DNA of 64,000 bases from Eledone cirrhosa (taxonomy: Eukaryota), in contig OZ024760.1 in the NCBI GenBank assembly GCA_964016885.1, positions 33,728,001-33,792,000 of the forward strand. The letters are read 5' to 3'. Under the pieces are notes generated by a model, which saw nothing but the letters and a program-made list of their open reading frames with translations, had not been told where the DNA came from and searched no databases. The translations under genes and the position numbers were made by a program. The first letter of the stretch is position 1; every line of letters begins with the position of its first letter. Below are positions 1-8,756 of the stretch, piece after piece.

Positions 1-1
<1 letters not shown>

Positions 2-49
<48 letters not shown>

Positions 50-64
50 ACACATATATATATA
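2..64. repeat. (CA)n microsatellite followed by a short (TA)n
   Basis: About 23 CA units read directly, then tatatatatatata. Confidence 0.95.
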
Positions 65-187
65 GTGTCTGATTGGTTAGAGAACTGGATTCACAATCGT
101 GAGGTTGTTAGTTCGATTCCTGGACCAGGCGATGCGTTATGTCCTTGAGCAAGACACTTTATTTCACGTTGCTCCTTCTAACTGGAG
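65..187 (+). mobile_element. Truncated tRNA-derived SINE with CORE-like central domain
   Basis: A-box-like TGATTGGTTAGAG (~70-82) and B-box GTTCGATTCC (111-120) at tRNA-like spacing. These are followed by TGTCCTTGAGCAAGACACTTT (~140-160), which resembles the CORE-SINE motif TGTGACCTTGGGCAAGTCACTT. No intact cloverleaf. The 3' boundary is approximate. Confidence 0.75.
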
Positions 188-835
188 TTGCGACCGATAG
201 ATAGTATTAGCAATTGGAAAGACCAACGGAAACATTGTTTCCTCGGTCCACTCCCTCAATATGTTTTATATACTACCCTCTACTCTCTACTTCACCCTCA
301 TCCGCGTACACACCACACTTATCCCTTTCTTTCTCCTTTTCTTTCTCGTTGTATTCTTAATCTTATTTTATAATTTACTTTAATTTTTTTTTTCCTTTGT
401 TCCGACCATCTGACCAACACAATCCCTCTGTTCCTCTTTCGTATCCTTTCATCCCCGCGTCCGATATCGCTTCTACTCATCCCTGCAATCTCACCCAGCA
501 CCCTCACATCACCACATAAACGCTAAATTGCCTACAAAACACCACACCTTCACAACTTCCACCAAGCAATGCTTCCCCTTCACCACCATCTCTCTTTCAC
601 CATCGCTTCATTATAATTCTCCCCCTCACCTATCACACATAACCAAAACATTCCTTCTAGCAAAACCACCTATCAAAACGAACTAAAACTGACCGCCATG
701 TATGAATGTAAATCGTTATATACTGTTTCAAAGCCTTAAGAGGTTCATTCTGTCATTACCACAACAGCCGACGAGATTTTGATTCCAGAGTCTCTACTCA
801 ATAAACGCAATGAAGACCTAACAAATCGTCTTTTT

Positions 836-945
<110 letters not shown>

Positions 946-996
946 GTCTTATGGTAGCTAGGATCCGTCCATAGGCGGTATGCCGGTTGTGTGTGC

Positions 997-999
<3 letters not shown>

Positions 1000-1027
<28 letters not shown>
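1000..1027. repeat. (TA)n microsatellite
   Basis: Read directly. Confidence 0.9.
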
Positions 1028-1322
1028 CTATAAAGTATGTCCATAGAATCATTTGATAATATATATACACCATTTCCTCTCACAATAAGCATAATCAACC
1101 ACACAAAAAACCAATTGAACCAGGCTATAAGATTAAAATGCATCTATGAAGAAATAGTAGATAAATAAACGACAGCAATCTATTCGCGATCAACCGCTAT
1201 TTGAATATTTACCCAACATTTCAATAGCATGTGTCAACCATACACAATTAGGTATAACATTAAAGTTAGAAAAAAAAATGCATATACACATACCAGGATT
1301 ACGTTTCTACCGCTTATATATA

Positions 1323-1387
1323 TAAAGAATGCAACCATTACTGTTGGAAGCTCCCAGAGCTTCCAACAGTAATGGTTGCATTCTTTA
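1323..1387. repeat. Perfect 31-bp inverted repeat with 3-nt loop (hairpin; possible minimal MITE)
   Basis: TAAAGAATGCAACCATTACTGTTGGAAGCTC (1323-1353), loop CCA, exact reverse complement at 1357-1387. Begins and ends with TA. Confidence 0.92.
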
Positions 1388-1531
1388 AGGGTATGTCAAT
1401 ATTTATTTATAAAACTGCTCTATATTATATTTTATCTGATGAAAGCACACCATAATTTAACTTGGTGTCCTTGAAATATGTATAATGAAATAAATATGGT
1501 TTTATAAATATAGTTTCCATTTGTTAATATC

Positions 1532-1532
<1 letters not shown>

Positions 1533-1588
<56 letters not shown>
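1533..1588. repeat. (TA)n microsatellite
   Basis: Read directly. Confidence 0.95.
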
Positions 1589-1593
<5 letters not shown>

Positions 1594-2386
1594 ACAAATA
1601 AAGATTCAGCGAGAGTCGCATTTTCGGCGGGCAGGAAAAAAAAAGCGAAGCGAAACGCAAATATATATATATAAAGAATTAGTATATCTAGTAACATATA
1701 TATACACACAGATGCATACTTATGCTAGCAAATATATAGGTTTTGTCTTAGTAACTTTGTAGTTCAATGCATGGGGTTGCAGAACAATAATATGAGAGAC
1801 GTAAAATAAGAAAATTATAAAATTAACTTACTTACTAAAATTTCACTCCCAACTAATTAGTTTCTGAAAGGGAATAAACATACTTTCCGAAGAAGTGTAC
1901 AGAGAAGCCTTTCGTCATCAGGGAAGTCTATTCTCAGCTAAGTTTCCAGGCAATACGTGGACACTGGGAACTTATACAAAAATAATTCAGTGGATAGAAA
2001 AAAGCAAAGCGTGGACTAAATTCCTAGCCATTGAGAAAATCACTGCCTACTGCGTCGGTGGCAAATTCAAAAGAATCAATCACGTGACATATATATATAT
2101 ATATATTGTTATATATGGGGAGGGTCATATTGTTATCATATTGCCAGAAATAACAACAGAACACACTCACTGTTTGGTTTGGATTGGTTTTCGCTTCTGT
2201 ATCTTTTATATCTCCATAGTTAATTTATCTGGCAATCAATTTTTATCATAGATTGACCAACGGTTAAAAATACAGATATAAATATATATAATCTATCAAA
2301 GTTCTTTCGTCACACATCTGTGACATCATCAGTGGTACTATTATGTTTCCTCCCGTTATATGTGTGTGTATGTGTCTGTCTGTCTT

Positions 2387-2494
<108 letters not shown>

Positions 2495-2764
2495 TTATTC
2501 CGGGTTGAATCGGAGGTAACCACAGAAGTAAGGTACTCAATACATAGCAGAGTATAAAAGTTTTAATATAGATGGCCTTTGTCACTCTAAGTAGAGCTTT
2601 AAAGAATTAGCTTTTAATGATTTCCCTTTTCTTTCAACCAATGACCTCCACCCATCCCACTCCTACCACATGAACAGATATAAATACCACTACATTTATT
2701 TTTGGAAAGCCAGATTCCTGGTGATTTCTAAAGAATGAAACAGTTCTAGTCTTGTCGAATCTCA

Positions 2765-2765
<1 letters not shown>

Positions 2766-2801
<36 letters not shown>
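2766..2801. repeat. (TA)n microsatellite
   Basis: Read directly. Confidence 0.9.
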
Positions 2802-2809
<8 letters not shown>

Positions 2810-2962
2810 TAATGGAAAATATTATTTATAATACCATATTTATTTTATTATAAGTATTTCAATCACACAAAGTTTTTGTGTGCTTTCATCAGATGAAATA
2901 TAATATTTGGTGTTAAGATACTCACTTTGTGGAATGATAATCAACAAACCATATAACTCATT

Positions 2963-2965
<3 letters not shown>

Positions 2966-3017
<52 letters not shown>
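2966..3017. repeat. (TA)n microsatellite
   Basis: Read directly. Confidence 0.95.
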
Positions 3018-3019
<2 letters not shown>

Positions 3020-3260
3020 TGAAGAATAACATGGTCGGCTGTACAAAAAGGGTTTTATTTACAATATTAACAATTGTTTCATTGATCAGATGAGTCTAAA
3101 GGCCGCTAATCACTCGAAGTTGCGTCACTCGACCTTAAATACAGTGTGTCTCTGATCAAATCATCGGAATACTGGAAGGTATTTAGCAGCTTCTACCATG
3201 GTCGGCCGCCCTCATTCCATACGGAATGACCAGTTCTATCCAGTGGTGAACCAACAAACC

Positions 3261-3271
3261 TAAATAAATAA

Positions 3272-3366
<95 letters not shown>
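3261..3366. repeat. (TAAA)4 followed by a long (TA)n microsatellite
   Basis: Read directly; about 45 TA units. Confidence 0.95.
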
Positions 3367-3367
<1 letters not shown>

Positions 3368-3443
3368 CGAAGGAGGTGTGGTAAGGAACCAGATGGATCA
3401 TAACGCACCAGAGTACTTAATACTTAGGGTAGTAGAGTTGGTA

Positions 3444-3585
3444 ATAGGAAAAAGTATGACTCCGACGGCAGAGCTCAAGCCGTTTCGACGGCTATTTCTG
3501 GACTGAAATAGCCATCGAAATAACCGTCCAGAAATAGCCGTCGAAACGGTTTGAGCTCTACCGTCGGGGTCATACTTTTTCCTAT
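3444..3585. mobile_element. MITE-like foldback element with 60-bp arms and a 22-bp spacer
   Basis: Arms 3444-3503 and 3526-3585 are reverse complements with 3 mismatches. Termini read TA-GGAAAAAGTATGAC...GTCATACTTTTTCC-TA, consistent with a TA target duplication as in Tc1/mariner-type MITEs. The inverted repeat is seen directly; the MITE assignment is inferred. Confidence 0.7.
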
Positions 3586-3588
3586 ATA

Positions 3589-3620
<32 letters not shown>

Positions 3621-4242
3621 CTAGCAGCAGTACCCAGCGTTGCCTGGGTAGGTAAAATAATATCTGCTTTGGTGAAAAGGTGTTGATCTTAGCGACTGCT
3701 TCTCGATGACTCATCTATGGCCACACGCAGGCCATGCGGGAGGAGGGTGGTGCTGACCTCTATCACTGAGAAACGCGGGTGACTGACGAAGGGGCATGCT
3801 GGGGGAGGGAGTTTCGAATTTGAAAGAAATCGGTTGAAAAATGTGGGAGCTAGAGCAGGAAAGGCGGAAATTTGAGCGAAAAGGTGGTATTTTCGAAAGT
3901 GGCTGCCACGCCGTTCCTGAACAAAAAATTAAAAATGTAAAGCCATTACAAGATGTGCAATGATAAATTCTATTTTGCTTTAAAATTTGAACGAAATCGA
4001 TGGCAAAATGTGGGAGCTAGAGCCAAAAATCTTATTTTTCGATACCTAAAAAAAGGTGACCCCTCTATCGATTTTTATCTGCAGAATGACTCCGGAATAA
4101 AAAAAAAACGATACGCTGATATATAGTAAACACTCCCCGATCACTAATCTATGAGCCTGTAAAGTTTCATGAAAATCGGTCGTAAGATGTAGGCCCCTAT
4201 AGATAACACACACACGCATAGTTAATTTTATATATATACAGA
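3621..4242 (-). mobile_element. Non-autonomous Helitron, ~622 bp
   Basis: The minus strand begins A|TCTGTATATATATAAAA (4242 downward) and ends with the hairpin TACCCAG-GCAACG-CTGGGTA, a 6-nt spacer and CTAG|T (3621). A 5' TC, 3' CTRR, subterminal hairpin and A/T insertion site without TSD are the Helitron hallmarks. No RepHel ORF. Confidence 0.8.
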
Positions 4243-4304
4243 TATATCCCTATCTCTCTATCTCTCTTTATGTATAAACATTCTTTCTTTCTATCCTCCC
4301 CCTA

Positions 4305-4323
4305 CCCCCCCCCCCCCCCCCCC
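4305..4323. repeat. Poly-C tract in the pyrimidine-rich region upstream of the exon A acceptor
   Basis: About 19 C, flanked on both sides by CTATCCTCCCCCTA. Confidence 0.8.
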
Positions 4324-4373
4324 TATCTACCTATCCTCCCCCTATCTTATGCTCTTCTTTACATGTTTTCCAG

Positions 4374-4793
4374 GTGACCAGTGCAACGAACCAGGTTACA
4401 GTTGTTCAGTTTACGAAGTCAACAAATGTCAGAATCCTTTGTTTGTCTGTCCGGATAAGATAAACCCGGCCGTGTACTATTGTGTTAAAAATATCACAAT
4501 AACCACCACCACCCCTACTCCTACCACAACCCCTGCTCCCACCACCACCACCACCACCACCCCTGCTCCCACCACCACCACCCCTGCTCCCACCACCACC
4601 ACCCCTGCTCCCACCACCACCACCACCACCACCACCCCTGCTCCCACCACCACCACCACCACCCCTGCTCCCACCACCACCCCCACCACCCCTGCTCCTG
4701 CCACCACCACTGCCCCTACCACCACCACTACAACAACCGCCCCCACCACTACAACCCCCGGCACCACAACGACACCAGCACCAGGCAGGGCAG
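4374..4793 (+). CDS. Internal coding exon A (420 bp, phase 1-1): 5-Cys module plus Pro/Thr mucin-like stalk of a probably extracellular protein
   Basis: Acceptor ctcttctttacatgttttccAG|GT at 4373/4374 and consensus donor CAG|GTAAGT at 4793/4794. Open frame xDQCNEPGYSCSVYEVNKCQNPLFVCPDKINPAVYYCVKNITITTTTPTP(T)nPAP...PAPGRA. An N-glycosylation sequon (NIT) sits at the domain junction. Confidence 0.85.
4501..4785 (+). repeat. Coding VNTR: CCTGCTCCC(ACC)n, i.e. PAP(T)n units
   Basis: About 7 CCTGCTCC units separated by ACC runs of variable length; all length changes are in frame. Confidence 0.9.
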
Positions 4794-4965
4794 GTAAGTG
4801 AGAGGAGGGGTGAGAGGAGGTGAGTGGGGGGGTAGAGTCGGGAGGAGGTAAAAGAAGGGATAAATAAGATGATGCTGATGATGATGAGTAATAATTAAGA
4901 GTTCACCTTCGGTCAATCAGATGTAGAAAGACGCTCCACCCGTAACCATCCCGTCTGTTTGAGTG

Positions 4966-7365
4966 CACCCCGATGGTGTAGGGCCTCCAGTATATTACCC
5001 TAGAGCCCCCCCCCCCGAGGGTGTAGGACCACCAGTATATTACTCTCGTGCCCCCCGAGGGTGTAGGACCGCCAGTATATTACTCTAGTGCCCCCCGAGG
5101 GTGGAGGGCCACCAGTATATTACTCTAGTGCCCCCCGAGGGTGTAGGACCGCCAGTATATTACTCTAGTGCCCCCCGAGGGTGGAGGGCCACCAGTATAT
5201 TACTCTAGTGCCCCCCGAGGGTGTAGGACCGCCAGTATATTACTCTAGTGCCCCCCCGGGGGTGTAGGGCCACCAGTATATTACTCTAGTGCCCCCCGAG
5301 GGTGTAGGACCGCCAGTATATTACTCTAGTGCCCCCCGAGGGTGGAGGGCCACCAGTATATTACTCTAGTGCCCCCCGAGGGTGTAGGACCGCCAGTATA
5401 TTACTCTAGTGCGCCCCGAGGGTGGAGGGCCACCAGTATATTACTCTAGTGCCCCCCGAGGGTGTAGGACCGCCAGTATATTACTCTAGTGCCCCCCGAG
5501 GGTGGAGGGCCACCAGTATATTACTCTAGTGCCCCCCGAGGGTGTAGGACCGCCAGTATATTACTCTAGTGCCCCCCGAGGGTGTAGGACCACCAGTATA
5601 TTACTCTAGTGCCCCCCGAGGGTGGAGGGCGACCAGTATATTACTCTAGTGCCCCCCGAGGGTGTAGGACCGCCAGTATATTACTCTAGTGCCCCCCGAG
5701 GGTTTAGGACCGCCAGTATATTATTCTAGTGCCCCCCGGGGGTGTAGGGCCACCAGTATATTACTCTAGTGCCCCCCGAGGGTGTAGGACCGCCAGTATA
5801 TTACTCTAGTGCCCCCCGAGGGTGGAGGGCCACCAGTATATTACTCTAGTGCCCCCCGAGGGTGTAGGACCGCCAGTATATTACTCTAGTGCCCCCCGAG
5901 GGTGTAGGACCACCAGTATATTACTCTAGTGCCCCCCGAGGGTGGAGGGCGACCAGTATATTACTCTAGTGCCCCCCGAGGGTGTAGGACCGCCAGTATA
6001 TTACTCTAGTGCCCCCCGAGGGTGGAGGGCCACCAGTATATTACTCTAGTGCCCCCCGAGGGTGTAGGACCGCCAGTATATTACTCTAGTGCCCCCCGAG
6101 GGTGTAGGACCACCAGTATATTACTCTAGTGCCCCCCGAGGGTGGAGGGCGACCAGTATATTACTCTAGTGCCCCCCGAGGGTGTAGGACCGCTAGTATA
6201 TTACTCTAGTGCCCCCCGAGGGTGTAGGACCGCCAGTATATTACTCTAGTGCCTCCCGAGGGTGGAGGGCCACCAGTATATTACTCTAGTGCCCCCCGAG
6301 GGTTTAGGACCGCCAGTATATTATTCTAGTGCCCCCCGGGGGTGTAGGGCCACCAGTATATTACTCTAGTGCCCCCCGAGGGTGTAGGACCGCCAGTATA
6401 TTACTCTAGTGCCCCCCGAGGCTGGAGGGCCACCAGTATATTACTCTAGTGCCCCCCGAGGGTGGAGGGCCCCCAGTATATTACTCTAGTGCCCCCCGGG
6501 GGTGTAGGACCGCCAGTATATTACTCTAGTGCGCCCCGAGGGTGGAGGGCCACCAGTATATTACTCTAGTGCCCCCCGGGGGTGTAGGGTCGCTAGTATA
6601 TTACTCTAGTGCCCCCTGAGGGTGGAGGGCCACCAGTATATTTCTCTAGAGCCCCCCGAGGGTGTAGGACCGCCAGTATATTATTCTAGTGCCCCCCGAG
6701 GGTGGAGGGCCACCAGTATATTACTCTAGTGCCCCCCGAGGGTGGAGGGCCACCAGTATATTACTCTAGTGCCCCCCGAGGGTGGAGGGCCACTAGTATA
6801 TTACTCTAGTGCCCCCCGGGGGTGTAGGACCGCCAGTATATTACTCTAGTGCCCCCCCGAGGGTGGAGGGCCACCAGTATATTACTCTAGTGCCCCCCGG
6901 GGATGTAGGACCGCCAGTATATTACTCTAGTGCCCCCCGAGGGTGGAGGGCCACCAGTATATTACTCTAGAGCCCCCCGAGGGTGTAGGGCCACCAGTAT
7001 ATTACTCTAGTGCCCCCCCCCGGGGTGTAGGGCCACCAGTATATTACTCTAGTGCCCCCCTCCCCCCGGGGGTGTAGGGCCACCAGCATATTACTCTAGT
7101 GCCCTCCCGGGGGTGTAGGGCCACCAGTATATTACTCTAGTGCCCCCGAGGGTGTAGGGCCACCAGTATATTACTCTAGAGCCCCCCGAGGGTGTAGGGC
7201 CACCAATATATTACTTTAATACCATCCCCCGAGGGTGTAGGACCGCCAGTATATTACTCTAGTGCCTCCCAGGGGTGTAGGGCCGCTAGTATATTACTCT
7301 AGAGCCCCACAAGGGTGTAGGCCCGCCAGTATATTACTCTAGTGCCCCCTGGGGTGTAGAGCCAC
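4966..7365. repeat. Intronic 40-bp GC-rich minisatellite, ~60 copies, two main variants
   Basis: Unit CCCGAGGGTGTAGGACCGCCAGTATATTACTCTAGTGCCC, interspersed with the variant ...GGTGGAGGGCCACCAG.... The 40-bp phase is exact over 5281-6840 and degenerates at both ends. Confidence 0.97.
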
Positions 7366-7404
7366 GATGTTAATCTATGTCTGCTTAAACTTTTATATTG
7401 TCTA

Positions 7405-8535
7405 TGTTAGTGTGTCTCTGTAGACACCACATGTTTTACAGTGTATCTTTGTTAGTGCTCCATGTTTGTCGTGTCTCTCTGTAGACACCACATGTTTTGT
7501 ATTATCATTCTGTAGACACCACATTTTCTAGTGTCTCTCTGTAGACACCACATGTTTAGTATTGTGTCCCTGTAGACACCAGATGTTTTGTATTGAGTCT
7601 CAGTAGACACCACATGTTTTGTATTGTCTCTCTGTAGATACCACATGTTTTCTAGTTTCTCTCTGTAGACACCACATGTTTTCTAGTGTCTCTCTGTAGA
7701 CACCACATGTTTTCTAGTGCCTCAGTAGACACCACATGTTTTGTATTGTGTCTCTGTAGACACCACATGTTTTGTATTGTCTCAGTAGACACCAGATGTT
7801 TTGAATTGTGTCTCTGTTAGTGCTACATGCTTAGTATTGTTTCTCTGTAGACACCACATCTTTTGAATTGTGTCTCTGTTAGTGCTACATGCTCAGTATT
7901 GTTTCTCTATAGACACCACATGTTTTGTATTGTGTCTCTGATAGTGCTACATGCTTAGCATTGTTTCTCTGTAGACACCACATCTTTTGAATTGTGTCTC
8001 TGTTAGTGCTACATGCTTAGTATTGTTTCTCTGTAGACAACACATCTTTTGAATTGTGTCTCTGTTAGTGCTACATGCTTAGTATTGTTTCTCTGTAGAC
8101 ACCACATCTTTTGAATTGTGTCTCTGTTAGTGCTACATGCTTAGTATTGTTTCTCTGTAGACACCACATCCTTTGAATTGTGTCTCTGATAGTGCTACAT
8201 GCTTAGCATTGTTTCTCTGTAGACACCACATCTTTTGAATTGTGTCTCTGTTAGTGCTACATGCTTAGTATTGTTTCTCTGTAGACACCACATCTTTTGA
8301 ATTGTGTCTCTGTTAGTGCTACATGCTTAGTATTGTTTCTCTGTAGACACCACATCTTTTGAATTGTGTCTCTGATAGTGCTACATGCTTAGCATTGTTT
8401 CTCTGTAGAAACCACATCTTTTGAATTGTGTCTCTGTTAGTGCTACATGCTTAGTATTGTTTCTCTGTAGACACCACATCTTTTGAATTGTGTCTCTGTT
8501 AGTGCTACATGCTTAGTATTGTGTCTCTGTAGACA
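7405..8535. repeat. Intronic ~31-bp minisatellite changing into a 62-bp (31+31) dimer array
   Basis: Monomers of about 29-32 bp (TGTGTCTCTGTAGACACCACATGTTTTGTAT) at 7405-7800. Then about 12 copies of TTGTTTCTCTGTAGACACCACATCTTTTGAA+TTGTGTCTCTGTTAGTGCTACATGCTTAGTA; GTAGAC at 7971, 8033 and 8095 gives a period of 62. Confidence 0.95.
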
Positions 8536-8562
8536 TTAAATATTTATATTGTGTCCTTGCAG

Positions 8563-8741
8563 GAGCTGGATGTCAGGAACCAGACGGACTTAGCTTGCCT
8601 AAGCCAAACTTTTGTCTCTACTCGACAAACGGAAAATGTCCAGCAATTGTGTTCCAAGTAGCCGACTTGGGTGCATGCGATCCTGGTTACAAGTGCTGCG
8701 TCTTAAAACAAACGGTAATTGTTATGGCACCTAACAACTGA
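8563..8741 (+). CDS. Coding exon B: 6-Cys beta-defensin-like module (ends at donor 8714/8715 or at stop TGA 8739-8741)
   Basis: Acceptor tattgtgtccttgcAG|GA at 8562/8563, phase 1, in frame with exon A. Translation (G)AGCQEPDGLSLPKPNFCLYSTNGKCPAIVFQVADLGACDPGYKCCVLKQT[VIVMAPNN*]. Cys spacing C-x13-C-x7-C-x12-C-x5-CC. It is a unique-sequence island between two tandem arrays and is not in the ORF track. Confidence 0.8.
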
Positions 8742-8756
8742 CCAGTATTGTGAGCG

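Noticed and set aside
65-130. Functional tRNA gene
   Set aside because: A and B boxes are present but the stems do not pair into a cloverleaf, and a CORE-like SINE body follows.
3095-3260. GC-richer island that may be a SINE or other repeat fragment (similar islands at ~955-990, ~1600-1660, ~4900-4960)
   Set aside because: No clear Pol III boxes, termini or TSDs, so it cannot be assigned without a repeat-library search.
4477-4767. Minus-strand Val/Gly/Ala ORF
   Set aside because: Antisense shadow of the ACC-rich coding repeat.
4349-4801. 150-aa ORF as a complete single-exon gene
   Set aside because: The ATG lies in the polypyrimidine tract, there is no credible signal peptide, and strong acceptor and donor sites sit inside the ORF, so it is better read as an internal exon.
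4966-7365. CRISPR-like appearance of the 40-bp array
   Set aside because: Units are head-to-tail with no unique spacers, there are no cas genes, and the context is a eukaryotic intron.
7452-7646. 64-aa minus-strand ORF
   Set aside because: Translation of the 31-bp minisatellite.
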